From Eledone cirrhosa (taxonomy: Eukaryota): a stretch of 64,000 nucleotides of DNA. This document shows positions 12,389-29,089 of the stretch, one piece after another. The DNA lies in assembly GCA_964016885.1 (NCBI GenBank), contig OZ024743.1, positions 249,736,001-249,800,000 of the forward strand. Direction: 5' to 3'. Positions within the stretch are counted from its first letter, which is position 1. Each line of letters opens with the position of its first letter. A program made the translations under genes and the position numbers. Under the pieces are notes generated by a model. That model was not told the DNA's origin, did no database searches, and saw only the letters and a list, made by a program, of their open reading frames with translations.

Positions 12389-12568
12389 TTGTTTCTATAT
12401 TTGGCACAAGGCCAGCAATTATCCCAGTGCATTACTGGTACTTTATTTTATCAACCCCGTAAGGATGAAAGGCAAAGTTAACCTCGGCGGGATTTGAACT
12501 CAGATCGTAAAGGGACGTAACTATGCTGGAAAGCATGGCGTCCGACCCTCTACCGATACTGCCAATCC
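12388..12568 (-). mobile_element. SINE family A copy in the (AAT)n tail of the R4-like element
   Basis: Reverse complement of the same consensus. Further copies at ~20040, 25915, 28395, 29695, 30915, 33130-33790, 46375-47195, 49650, 55625, 57643 and 59625-59970. Confidence 0.9.
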
Positions 12569-12857
12569 ATGTGTAAATAATAGTTAATAAACTGTTTCTC
12601 TGTATGATTATCACCACCTGTAAAGAAATGATCGTAGATATTAAAAAATGAATTTAATTTGATATCCTTGGTTCTCTTCATTTTAAATATTTATGGTCTG
12701 CTACCCTCACTGTCCTCAACATAAAGAACTTTAACCTTCAGAAGAGTATTTTTATTGTTTTGAATGACTAATGTACTGAAGGCTTTAAGCGTGTATTGTG
12801 CTTTTCTTACCTTACCAAAAGTAATAGTGGGATACTCCATTATAATGACTTATATCA

Positions 12858-12905
12858 CTGATGATTTCCTTCGAATGAAACAGTACTAGTCCTGTAGAAG
12901 CCATT
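12858..12905 (+). ncRNA. Hammerhead ribozyme-like motif (stem I displaced)
   Basis: CTGATGA-tttc cttc gaat-GAAA-cag tactagtc ctg-TA. Same family as 61214-61270, but the upstream stem I strand is offset by about 6 nt. Confidence 0.6.
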
Positions 12906-12918
12906 TCTCTATTAAATA

Positions 12919-14677
<1,759 letters not shown>

Positions 14678-14761
14678 TATATATATATATATATAAATGT
14701 GTGTGTGTATATATATGTATATATATATATATATATGTGTGTGTGCGTGTGTATATATATG

Positions 14762-14806
<45 letters not shown>

Positions 14807-14822
14807 TTGTATATATATATAT

Positions 14823-14895
<73 letters not shown>

Positions 14896-14962
14896 TATAT
14901 ACACACACACATTAGAGACGGTGGATTACCTGGGCTGGGTTTCAATCTCAGTCAACGTCTAT

Positions 14963-15000
<38 letters not shown>

Positions 15001-16995
15001 TTATTAAAATAACAGATTCAAGTTTAAGCAAAGAATCGCTGCTTTCACCCTTAACGGGATCTTCTGAAACTAACAAAGTCAATCTGTGAACGCAGAAGTG
15101 GATATTTCAAAAAACGTTGCAACCGGAGGAAGACAGGAAGACGATACTTTGGTTCGTGGAAACGTTCCCTGGCAAAGAACGGGAAAAAAACGAATATAAT
15201 ACGTCATTAATAGGAGCGGGGAAAAACAATTACGCGCAAAGACAGAACCACGTTTATGGCATAAAAGAGGTCGTTGACTAATGTTCTTTTAGGTGGTTCA
15301 TAGAGACGTTCTCTGGCAATGAACGGAAAAAACGAAGATAATACGTCATATGTGGAGCGTTGAGAACAATTGCACGCAAAGACAAAACCACGTAAATGGT
15401 ATAGCAGAAGACGTAGACTAAAATTCTAACTAGGAGAGCGAATGATTCTCGGCTTCAAAGTTAAGAATAAAGTAAATAAAATACAGAGGTAATTAAAATT
15501 AAATAAATACATACACGCATCCATATACGTACATACACAAGCATACATAGGTATACAAATACACGCACATATAAATATGTGCGTGTGTGTGTGCGTGTAT
15601 ACAAATAATTAAATAAACGTATATAAATAAATAAATACGTATATAACAAGCACACACACATACCTACATGTAAATACACAAATGTTCGGAGATGTACGTC
15701 AACCAAAACACAAAGTACACATAAACACACACCCTACATACGTACGAACCCGCATACTCACACAGACGCAAAACTCACGTATACACATAACCAAAAGCAT
15801 ATGTACCAGAATTTATATAATATACGCCATAACATATACAATCAGATATACGTAAGAGAAAGTATACGTACCGTCACAAAACATACAGGTAATATATACT
15901 TACCTATGCAAATAAGTAATGGTATAAACATAACATATACTTAGCTACCACATCAAGACGTAAAATATCCGCGTATAGATCGTACTATCCGTTAGGGTAT
16001 AATGTGGGGCTGTAATACAGGAAAGTTTTGTGCAATTTATGTTTACAAGCCGAAATTGCCTCAGATTTTTTGTTTAAGATGTGGTCTGTGGCGTAGAGTA
16101 TTTCCAGGGCCTCAGCGGTGCAGTCGTCACATAGTCTTTTATTTCCGTTATACGATCTAGCCCTAGCTAGGATCTCCCAGTGTAACTTATATTGGGTGTG
16201 GTTGTCTTTTTGGACTCCAGATATAAGCTGAAAGTGACGTCATATTCCTTCTTAGAGGGTAACGAAAATAATGGGTATGCATGTAAAGACGCTGCTTGAA
16301 TCTATTGGCGGTTAACCCTATGTAGGCCCTACAGGACGTGGGTGTTTCAACCTTACATTTGTAGACAATGTTACTAGAGAGGCATTTCCCGGATATGGGG
16401 CAATCAACCCGATTCCTACAATTACAGTTAGTACTAACTACAGGGTTGCACGTGTTCCTACGGCTAGGTAGTTTAGCTAAATTTGAAACTGTGATGTTAT
16501 GTGCAAGGTTAGGAGTCGTAGAGTAAGAAATTTTAATAGTATTTCTATTAAAAATGTTACTATATTTATGTTTAGGGGGAAAATGCATTGTAATAAGGGA
16601 TAGAAAGATCTTAGCTAATGGTGTGGCCACCTCCATATTATATGGTGGGTTATACCATATAATGCGTCGGGATCTATTTCTTCTAGGTCTATTCTCGTAC
16701 TCAGTGTATGCTACCTTATCGACAAATTCACTCCGAGCAAGAGCTTCATTGTAATATGTATCGTCTTCCTGTCTTCCTCCGGTTGCAACGTTTTTTGAAA
16801 TATTCACTTCTGCGTTCACAGATTGACTTTGTTAGTTTCAGAAGATCCCGTTAGGGGTGAAAGCAGCGATTCTTTGTTTAAACTTTAATCTGTTATTTTA
16901 ATAAATAAATATATATATATATATCTTATATATTTGATATATATTTATCCTTATCGAGCCCTCTTTGGATTTTAGTCTTCAAATTTATTATTATT

Positions 16996-16998
<3 letters not shown>
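15001..16998 (-). mobile_element. Penelope-like element copy B (Hydra-clade-like), longer truncation, inverted arm and tail, within (TA)n
   Basis: Near-identical to copy A; arms at ~15001-15150 and ~16757-16905; same tail at 16925-16998. Confidence 0.92.
15986..16760 (-). pseudogene. PLE linker and GIY-YIG endonuclease remnant
   Basis: RRIIWYNPPY, IFNRNTIKISYS, CNCRNRVDCPISGKC, IVY...AYIGLT..FKQRLYMH; frameshift near 16210, then a CxxC-containing C-terminus. Confidence 0.9.
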
Positions 16999-17019
<21 letters not shown>

Positions 17020-17031
<12 letters not shown>

Positions 17032-18997
17032 GAAGTTGGGCGTTGTTTGTTTGTTTGTTTGTTTGGTGTCCCGAACATGCAGGCTACACCGTTCATCCGA
17101 TGTTCATGAAACTTGACACATATATAAAACTCGACCCGTAGATTGGAATAGGCTACTTGAAATTTTCGAAAAATCGATAATCGCGCCCCCAGAAGCCAAC
17201 AATCGATATTTTCAAAATTCGTCCGATTTCGATGAAACTCGACGCAAGTGTGTATTTTGATCCGGGGATGAACGTGGGCCACATTAAATTGGATCACCAG
17301 AGGCAAAAATCGATATTTACGAAATCTGTCCGATTCCAATGACATTTGACGTAGGTATGTATTTTGATGCGGGGATCAACGTGGGGTACCACGAGCAGTA
17401 TATTTTCTCAACGATAGATACACAAACAGGTATGCGCGCACGTGTGAACCGCCTTTTTCTCTGTGTGTGTATCCGCTTTTTGTGAACAACAATAAATCCG
17501 GCCGTCTCACTAAACGGACCTTTATAGAATTTGCCCACTTACTTATCGGTGAGTTAGTGCTTATTTATTTAGACTACTTGCATGCCAATTCAGTTAAATT
17601 TAATTCACTTTTCGCCTTCCTTAAATTAAAAAATCCCCATTGGGACTAGGGGATCGTCGACATCTTAGCGTTAAACTTTTCATATTCCCCCTTATTCAAG
17701 TGCAAATACAGTATTATCCCTATCTGAAAGGAAACCAAATTTAATGGTGTCTTTTGTGATGCCAAAAGCTAAAAGGGGTGAGTAAATTTTCAAACAGTCT
17801 TAAATAATCATGCTTTTTGAAAAAAAAATACTAAATAATACTTTGACCAAGTTGTATTGGACATATACAAAGTTGTAAAAAATGTTACGTTCGTACCAAT
17901 TTTTTCCTTTTTTAAAGAAAAGGTTCTAAAAAATTACTTAATTCATAACACTACTGTCACAGCCTTTTGCACAGGAAGTGAGTAAGTTTTCGGGTTTTTA
18001 AACGTAAGTTCACCAGGGTTTGTGTTTTTCCATTATTAGTCCACCTCTAATGGCATTTTTTGTTCTGTTTACGACTAAATGTTATAAGCGTATTTGCAAA
18101 TTGGTATTGTTCTTTAATTTTTTAATTAGTTGTCACAGACCATCTGCATGCAGTGCAATTGATTGCGCACACCTGCATGCAGATAAACACTGACAGCTAA
18201 TAAAAAATCGATAATTTGCTTATTAAGACATCGGTCAAAAAGAGAGATTGAATGTACTTTAGAAAATTTTTTGAATATATTGTTCTTTTTGGTATGATAT
18301 GTCAGAAATATAGCTACTATTTACTTTGGTTATTTTTTGTAACTAAGAAACGGTTCCATTTGGGTGTATATTTAACGAGAAAGATCCCAGGGTTTTGGAC
18401 AAGTTTGTTTCAGGCATTGTATAGACGCCAATTTTGTCACACCTTGGTCATGAATTCGTATTCTTTTCCAATAGATACCGTATTTTCCGCTCTATAAGGC
18501 TTACCGGGATATAAGGCGTATCATTTAAAATCAGGTCCGCGCAACGGCGTGTAAGGCCAACCAGGAAAATGCTATCTTCTTTACTTTTAGTCTAGATCTA
18601 TTACTTCTGTTAGAGCCGTGATTGATTAGCTCACCGGAGTATAAAGCGCAGAGCTGTTTTTTGATGAAATTTAGGTATTTTAAGTGTACTTTATAGGCCG
18701 GAAAATTCGGTAAGTTATTATAATCATATTTCCAAACCTTCCCATTCACCAGTAACCATGCTAGCGAATATGGTGTCACCTCTCTCTGTACTTAATCACC
18801 CCTCTCTAACCTAACAGCTTCGTTACACGTCGTTATGCCCTCACGGAAATTTAAGAATATATCAAGAAAAATAAATACAAACCAGAATTGTGGTAACTAC
18901 CGATCACCCGGACAGTTTTGATAATACTGTTTCGCAATATTATTTGTGAAGAGGAATACCAAAATCCTAGCTCATCGGCGGGTGAAGAATTATTAGT
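17020..18997 (+). mobile_element. Probable non-autonomous Helitron-like element with nested insertions (3' end uncertain)
   Basis: TATATAAAGTGAAGTT start followed by a (GTTT)n microsatellite, ...CCGAT...ATGAAACTTGACACA and CpG-rich internal repeats (~17250 and ~17355), an organisation typical of microsatellite-bearing invertebrate Helitrons. Confidence 0.4.
18478..18710. mobile_element. TA-flanked Tc1/pogo-type MITE
   Basis: TA-CCGTATTTTCCGCTCTATAAG ... TTATAGGCCGGAAAATTCGG-TA imperfect TIRs with TA duplications. Confidence 0.75.
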
Positions 18998-19377
18998 ATC
19001 CTGGTCACTTCTAAATGTAATTAAAAAAATGGATAGTGTGCGTATATGTAACGCACATGGTTCCAGAAATTAGCGTGTCTCGCAGACTCACGCCACTAAA
19101 AACAGTAGCCGGGTTTATTAGAGATTTGAATTAGCTCGACGAATTAACGGAGCCGAATATTTCAAAGGCATGTATTGAGTTAGAAACTCAAAATAGTCTC
19201 ATTACAGTAAATTAGCTCTATGAAAGAGGGAGCCGTATCATAGATTGAGTTAGAAACTCAAAATAGTCTTTTACAATTAAATAGCTCAAAGAAGGGAATC
19301 TTTCCGAGCCGTGTAATATAGCTAACTTGGTCATTTGCAATTAGAACACATGTATACTTATATCGGTGTTCATCTCT

Positions 19378-19441
<64 letters not shown>

Positions 19442-20298
19442 AATAAAGATTCAGCGAGAATCGCATTTTCGGCAGGCAGGAAAAGCGAAGCGAAACGCAA
19501 AAATCAGAAATGATACTGGCAAAGTGCTCAATAGTTAAAAACCAGAGCTAAACAATGTGTTAAGAAGCCATACAAAACTGAAAAGGTGGCCAAGAAGGCA
19601 TTAACCACCCAAGCCAAAAACCAAATCAAGCTAAACAGCTCAAAACAAAATAAATGATAAAAAATATATAAATATCATGGTGAGATGACTTCTAAGGGAC
19701 TAGAACTGCCTTATTTATTGAACGAATGAATCAGTTCCAGTCCTGTAAAAGTGATTTCTATATGGAATAAATATGTATCTTCTGTACTATTGTATTGCCT
19801 ACATTGTTGCATTGTGGTTTCCTCTCGATCCCATTTTTAATTATAATATTTGCACACACAAAACACAAAAATATTCTTATGTAAAAATTAAACAGATAAA
19901 CAACATTGGGAAACAATACAATAAAATGAAGATACATAATATTATTAGACCTTGATATATTAAGAAAAGAGTATTAATCTTTCAGACGATAATAATTCAT
20001 CAGAAGATCGAATATGAAATGAAAGCATAGAAAAATAATTGTTTCTACTTTAGGCACAATTACAGTTCAGTACCCAGTACAATACTGGTACTTTATTTTA
20101 TCGACCCCGTAAGGATGAAAGGCGAAGTTAACCTCGGCGGGATTTGAACTCAGACTGTAAAGGGACGTAACTATGCTAGAAAGCATGGCGTCCAACTCTC
20201 TACCGATACTGCCAATTCACGAAAAATAATGAGAGTAAGAAAAGGAAGAAACAGGTAAAAATGGTGCTTTCGGGAAAAGCCTGTGTGTGTTTAGTAAG

Positions 20299-20489
<191 letters not shown>

Positions 20490-20681
20490 TGCAATAATGT
20501 CTTCCTCTATATTTCTTTCTCACTTCCTCTCACCTTACCTCTCTCTCCCTTTCATTCTCTAGAAGAAATAGTCTTTATTCAGATATGGAATGTATATAGG
20601 CACCGTCAGGTTTAAAGTTCCCATGATACGTTGTATGTCACTACGGTGTCCCTACGTCTCCATCAATAGTTATGGATCCAT

Positions 20682-21195
20682 CCATTCATAATTGTTTCTA
20701 CTTTTGGCACAAGGCCAGCAATTACCCAGTGTATTACTGGTACTTTATTTTATCGACCCCGTAAGGATGAAAGGCAAAGTTAACCTCGGCGGGATTTGAA
20801 CACAGAATGGCAAGGGCCGTAACTCTATGCGTCAAAGCATGGCGTCCGACCTTCTACCGACACTGCCAATCCCCATTCATAATTGTTTCTACTTTTGGCA
20901 CAAGGCCAGCAATTACTCAGTGCATTACTGGTACTTTATTTTATCGACCCCGTAAGGATGAAAGGCAAAGTTAATCTCGGCGGGATTTGAACTCAGAATG
21001 GCAAGGACCGTAACTCTATGCGTCAAAGCATGGCGTCCGACCTTCTACCGATACTGCCAATCTACCGCCCTATTCATAATTGTTTCTACTTTTTAGGCAC
21101 AAGGCCAGCGATTACCCAGTGCATTACTGGTACTTTATTTTATCGACCCCGTAAGGATGAAAGGCAAAGTCAACCTCGGCAGGATCTATTCATAA
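20682..21195 (-). repeat. Head-to-tail trimer of SINE family A
   Basis: Three consecutive copies (the rightmost 5'-truncated), each bounded by ATTCATAAT. Confidence 0.9.
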
Positions 21196-22059
21196 TGTTT
21201 ATACGAACGCCAGCTTGACAAATACAATCCAAGGGACATCACTCTTACAACTTTTTAACTATATAAATAAATAAATATCTATTTATAATAGTTACTTCCC
21301 TTGTTTTGAACAGTCTTGTGAACTTTAACTAAACATGAAATGTGTTCTTCATAGTCAACATTGCAGTGATTCTGTTGTTCATAGGTCAAAGAATACAGTG
21401 TATTGGTAGATGCATCACGCTATTCATTTTGTTTTAATGTTTATATATTGTCAAATATCTACTAACTATAAACAAGGTCTTTCAGTACGTGGAAGCTACG
21501 TAAAGTTTCAATATCAGAAACTTTCAGCTGCTTTGTACTTCTCTGTTTTTCACCCTTTTCCGTATTTATGTGTACTTTACCTCCCTTGTCTCTTTATTTT
21601 TATCTCTTCTTTCTCCAGCTTTAACTGTAAGAAGTATTAGATGCCTCTCCTAGTCTATGGTGGTTTCCAGCTCTATAGGGATGTTTGATTAATTTGAATA
21701 AACGAATAATTAAATAAATGGACTGCTGGAAAGAGACACTGTTTTCTGTTTTACTTGTAAATATTTCCTTATTTTATTGTTTTCTATTTGTTATAGTTGA
21801 AATCAATATAAGTTTGCTTGAACTGAAATATTCTTCTTATATACTGAACTTTCACTCGGATTCATTGATATCAGACATCTTAACTCTTTCCATACCAAGC
21901 CGGCCAAAACAAGCTCGTTTTAAAGGTTTCCTATTTAAATTAAAATCTTACAATGTAATTTTATAGAGGAATTTTTTGTGAAATTATGTTATAAATAATA
22001 GCTTAATAATGAAATAATAATTTGAGTAAATCCTAGAACTAGTGTAGGAAGCCATATGT

Positions 22060-22320
22060 TACTGGCTAGATATAGAGAGGACATGTCATTAGAATGTCTA
22101 AGGAAAGAATTGCTGGACAGGTTTTATAGGCAAAGCCAAAAGGCAAGAGAGCCAGAGGTAGACCATGAGTAAGATGGTTCAATAATATCGATAATAGCTC
22201 AGTTTTTTTGCTTGTGGATCCATCCAGATTGTTGGAGATGGTTGCTTTTGATAGGATACACAAGTCGTGATGGAGACCACTCTGCTTCCATATCACTTTC
22301 TGGAATAAGTGGGTTAAGAA
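22060..22320 (+). mobile_element. RTE-clade LINE 3' fragment
   Basis: Translates to GHVIRMSKERIAGQVL*AKPKGKRARGRP*VRW (RTE C-terminus). Confidence 0.65.
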
Positions 22321-23014
22321 GAAGAGGAGAAAATCATTTGCCGAGGTCAACTTGTCTTTCATCTTTTCAAAGTTAATAAAAGTACTGGGGTTGATGTAAT
22401 TGACTGTCCTCTTCCCAAGGGTTGCTGGCCTTGTGCCAAAATTATAAATCCTTAATTAATTTAAATAGATAATATTTCATTAGAAATATCGTAATGAAAT
22501 GGTTAAACCTGGCACACATGTGTACTGAGTCTCCACGATTTTCCTTAACATTAATTTATCTGTTTATGTGCCAAGGTGTGCTCAACAGCAGCAACAACAT
22601 ATATGAACCCATAACTCCTGATGAAGTTGTAGAGGTGCTGTTGTGACATTTGGCTAGTTTTGGGCATTTCAAACTTAATGGAGCCCATTCCCTATGCCAG
22701 TCTAAACATAGCAAATCTTTTCCACAAAAGGAGAGAGAGAGGGAAGAAACGAGGAAAAGATATAGAGGCAGAATCAACCCCAGTACTGGACCAAGCATTT
22801 TTATTATCGACCGTAAAAGTAAGAAAGGCAATGTTAACCTTGGTCGGTTTTAAACTAAGAGCACGGAGAGCTAGAAAGAACACCACAAACCCTTCTATTC
22901 AATGACTCTGCTAATTTGCCTCATAACAACTTACCTGACACTATTAAACAACAATGACAATAACTTACCTGGGTTAATCACACTACAACAACAACAACAA
23001 CAGCTTCTTCTTCT

Positions 23015-23450
23015 GTGCTGGATGTTTGTGTTAAGAGAGGGACTGAGCTGTCAACTGATCACCATCTAGTTATCTGAAACTTGAGACTACCTAAAGCCAA
23101 GGAAGCCCACAAAACTGGCAGGTCCAGGGCAACCTACAGGATAAAGTGGGAAGCATTGGTGGATAAGGAAGTCAGAAGCAGGTATACAGATACTATTGCA
23201 TCCAAATTCAGAGAACTCCCTGAGCAAACTGAGGACATTGAAATAAATTGGAGATTGTTCAGTACAGCAGTTTCTGCTGTTAAATGCTGCAGGCAAAAGA
23301 GACTTGGTGTGGTACCGGAGGTCAAAGATGCTATCCGAGCAAAGAAGGAGGCTTATAAAGCATGGCTAGGAAATTAGTCCTCCTTCTTGCACTTGCGGTA
23401 CAAGCAGGCATGAAAAATTGTAGCAGAGATAGTAAAAGCATCCAAAGTTA
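23015..23450 (+). mobile_element. RTE-clade LINE fragment (end of APE and linker)
   Basis: DVCVKRGTELSTDHHLV..RIKWEAL..EVKDAIRAKKEAYKAWL. Confidence 0.75.
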
Positions 23451-23669
23451 AGAACAACAACAGCAGTTCTTTTATTTACTTTTTCTAAAACTTTCAAGGA
23501 AATGAAACAAAGATGAATAAAAACATAAGAGTGTATACAAATAATTACATTTTAATTTTTATTTCTTTGCTTTAAAATTAGCGAAATATTTACATTGGAT
23601 AGCAATAACAATTGAGAAGAGTTTGAAAAAATGATTGAACTTTCAATCAAACTTTCAACCACAATCATA

Positions 23670-24450
<781 letters not shown>

Positions 24451-24781
24451 TTCCTTCTATATACTTTTCTCAGCAATTAAAACTGTTAGGATAGGTTGTT
24501 TGTTTGTTTTAATTTTTATTCTATTTCTTAAAGTCCAGAACATAAGATTGTTTTATATTTTATTTGTTTGATTTGGGATTTCTTTTGTTTTTGTTTTTAT
24601 TTATTTATTATTATTTTCTTCTTCTTCTTCTTACATTTGGATGTGAATGAGCCAGGATATAACACAGTGAATCAGGAGAGAGAAGGAGAGAGAGATGGAA
24701 GAGAGAAGGAAGGAGACATGGAGAGGGAGAAAATGAGATTGAGAGATGTGAAGAAAGAAATTGAGAGAGAGAGAGAGAGAA

Positions 24782-24812
<31 letters not shown>

Positions 24813-25326
24813 TTGGTAGAAAGAGGGAGGTAGAAAAAGAGAGAGGGACATAGTAAGGAATTTTCAGCTGTAGAACATTCGAAATCCTTTTAGTATTTTG
24901 ATTTTGTTAAAAAACAAATCAATAAAAAAGTTTTTAAAAAAATTAATAAACAAGTAATTTAAATATATAAAACACAACGAAAAAAAAAATACAAATGTAA
25001 TTAAAAAAAAAAAGAATACACCAGGAGAAACTTTGTAGTAAAGTTAGTAAACTGAATATTTATTGAATTTTAGTGAATTGATTTTTTATGATTTAGAAAT
25101 ATTTCAGCTTGTAGTGGAGAAGCATATATTTATATAAACACAATTATATATATATATACATACATATATATATATATATAACAAAGGAAATGTGGTAAGG
25201 AACCAGATGGACCATAACGCACCAGAGTACTCAATACTTAGGGTAGTAGAGTGGGAAATAGGACTAGTAGTCCAGAAATAGCCGTCGAAGCGGCTTGAGC
25301 TCTGCCGTCTGGGTCATACTTTTTCC

Positions 25327-25419
<93 letters not shown>

Positions 25420-25451
25420 ATATACATATATATATATATATGTGTATATAC

Positions 25452-25482
<31 letters not shown>

Positions 25483-26375
25483 TATATACATATATATATA
25501 GATATATACATATATGCACACACACACACATTTATGAGTGTATTTGTATGTTCTCCAGGGTGACTGTGTCTTCATGGTGGGAGTGTATTTGAGGTAAGTG
25601 TGTTTTCCATGTTGTAAGATATAATAGTATTATTGTTGAAATTATGGTCTTCAGCGATATTAATTCACCTACTCTTCCTTTAAGTCTAGAATTCTTATTG
25701 TTGCACACACACACACACATACACTAAACAAAAGTAATATTTCATTATTTTTCTTGTATGTACTTTTAATCACTTTGATACCTAACTGCTTGAAACTCTC
25801 CCAGGTTCTATAATACACAACTGTTTGTTTCAAAGTGTTTATATTTAAATCTAGACCTTCCATCATAATTCTATGTAAGCAAATTTTGTTAAGTTATAAA
25901 TTTTGTTAAGTTATAATTGTTTCTACTTTAGGCACAAGGCCAGCAATTTAAAATGGAGGGGAAAGTCAATTAAATGGACCTCAGTGCATTACTGGTATTT
26001 TATTTTGTCGACCCTGTAAAGATGAAAGGTAAAGCTAACTTCGGTGGGATTCAAACTCAGAACGTAACTCTCTGTAGCAAAGCATAATTTCTGACGTTCT
26101 ACCGATACTGCCAATCCACCACCCTAGATGACCAACTTAATAATGAAAAATGTTAGTTTTATTACTAAAGCTCTATAAATTTTTTATATTTTTAAAATTA
26201 ATTGAAAATTACAAGCAATGTCTTTCATTAGAAATATGGTAGCGAAAGGGGTAAGGTGCTTATATTTACCTAAAAACTTTCCTTTTGTGTATAGGTAAGA
26301 ACTGTAGTTATGTTCCAAACACAAACTTGATATGAAAGTTAGTTATATTACTTTTTCTCTATCTCTCACAACTGT

Positions 26376-26409
<34 letters not shown>

Positions 26410-26843
26410 TTCTATCTCTCACAACTGTTACTCTCTCTCCCCCTCTCTCTCTCTCTCTCTCTCTCACTCACATATACATACATCACCTCCCCTAAATTTT
26501 CTCTTCATATTTCTCTCCCTCACAGCTTCCCTCTTTGTCTCTATTTCAGTTTATCTCTACAATGAATGTACTTCTATATAATTTATTTTGTTCTAATAAT
26601 TATTGGACATAGGTGAGACAAAACGTGTTAAAATTGATGAGTGAAAGTTTCACTGTATAAATGCAAACAACTTACTTTGTAAAGAAATGGTGAAAACAAA
26701 ATATATGGAAAATATAAGAAAACATTTTAGAAAAAGAGAAAAAAAAAAAAAACCTCCCTAATTTGAAAAATTATAAAACAGCATGATATCGTTTAATTAA
26801 CATATTTTTTCTAATAAGCTTGAAAACATGAATGCAAACATAC

Positions 26844-26925
<82 letters not shown>

Positions 26926-27138
26926 ATATATATATAAAATGCAACTAGTTAAATAGAACTAGTAAGACCATCATTCAACTTAGAACTCAATACTTTAATG
27001 AAAGTAGAGTGTAGATATAATTTAATACATGTAAAACCTGATTGCCAAGCCTAAACTATTTCAAAATGGCTTTAAGTTTGACAACCAGGCATACTTTAAT
27101 GGATATGTATATATGTGTGTGTATGCATGTATGGTATG

Positions 27139-27174
<36 letters not shown>

Positions 27175-27763
27175 CATATATGTATATATATATGGATGTG
27201 CATGTGCTTTGTGAATATATGTACAGGTGTGAGCTTTTGAAAAGGATGTATATAATGCTATGTATGAATATATATGTATATTATATATATGTGTAATGCA
27301 ATGTATGTGTGCATTGTAACGTATGTGTGTATAGCCCAGTTATTTTTTCTTTTTGTTTTGGAGTGTTGTGTGAAAATTATAATACAACAATATTTTTGAC
27401 ATTAATCAGTCAGAGATAAAGAACAAGGAAGATTATTCCAGATTATTTGAGGTAAAAAATAAAATTTCAATAAACGTTTTGCAATCCATCCTCAGAAGTA
27501 TCAGAAAACCCATATGAACTGTATTTGGTGAGATAAAGGAGGTTTTATGTGTAAACGAATAAAATTCTTTCAAGTAAAATGTCATATATAATATAGGTGC
27601 AGGCATGGCTGTGTGGTTAAGCAGTTTGCTTTGCAACCATGTGGTTCTGGGTTCAGTCCCACTGAGTGACAACTTGGGCAAGTGTTTTCTATTATAGCTT
27701 AACATTGACTAATGGCCTGTTAGTGGAACTTCATAGATGGAAACTGTAGACTCATCGTATTTA

Positions 27764-27797
<34 letters not shown>

Positions 27798-28154
27798 AAC
27801 TGGCACTCATGAAATTAACGTGCAAGTGACTGAGCATTCCACAGACACACATATGCTTAACGTAGTTCTCAGGGAGATTCAGTGTGATTCAGAATGTAAC
27901 AAGGATAGTCAGCTCAGTGGACTGGAGCAATGTGAAAATAAAGTGTCTTGCTGAAGAACACTATCCACCACCAGGAATGGAACTCATGACCTTATAATCA
28001 TGAGCCAAATACCTTAACCACTAAGCCATGGGCCTTCATGTAAATTATATATATACATACATGTCTTCGTATATATGAAACTACAATTTGAATTTTGCCA
28101 ATATTTTTAAAGTTAACCATATATATACAACTGATATCTGTTTTTATTCTTTAA

Positions 28155-28189
<35 letters not shown>

Positions 28190-29089
28190 ATTATCTCTCT
28201 CTCTCTAATACTTAGAAGTAACTAAGATTGGTATTTATTTAAAAACATATTGGTTGTATTAATATTCATTTCTAATTTAGATGCAAGGCCAGCAAATCTT
28301 GGTGGAATACATCAATCCCACTGCTTCACTGCTACTTTATTTTATCAACCCGGAAGGTTGAAAGGCAAAATTGACCTTGATACGATTTGAACTTAATAAT
28401 TGTTTCTACTTTTGGCACAAGGCCAGCAATTATTCCAGTGTATTACTGGTACTTTATTTTATCGACCCCGTAAGGATGAAAGACAAAGTTAACCTCGACG
28501 GGATTTGAACTCAGTCCGTAAAGGGACGTAACTGTGCTGCAAAGCATGGTGTCCGACCTTCTACCGATACTGCCAATTCATAATGGTTTCTAATTTAGGC
28601 ACAAGGCCAACAATTTTTGGAAAAGGGGAAAGTTGATTAAATTGACTCTAATGTGTTACTGGTATTTTGTTTTATTGACTCTGGAAAGGCAAAGCTAACC
28701 TCAGTGAGATTTGAAATAAGAACTGAAGGGACATAACTTTATGCCACAAAGCATGTTGTCCAACACTCTAATGATTCTATCAAATCTTGAATTTGAACTT
28801 AATAATAACAATAATATTAATCATAATATATATAATAATAACAGTTTCTTTAGAAACACATTTACATGTATTAGTATTAACCTGGAGATCAATGAGAGAG
28901 TTAATTAATAATTCATTTATTAAGTGTTGATTAAGCTGTTTCACTTTCCTTTTACACTATTACTGGGATTTTAGTTGATCCTAACAAACCAGGTCTGATT
29001 TTTTTTCTTATCATTTGTTGTATAGCTAAATTACAGGACATAAACAGCAAACACAGACACACACAAGCATATTATATATATATATATAT

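Noticed and set aside
12300-12400. R4/Dong element as the partner of SINE family A
   Set aside because: Both associate with AAT repeats, but their 3' ends share no sequence and the tail polarity is opposite.
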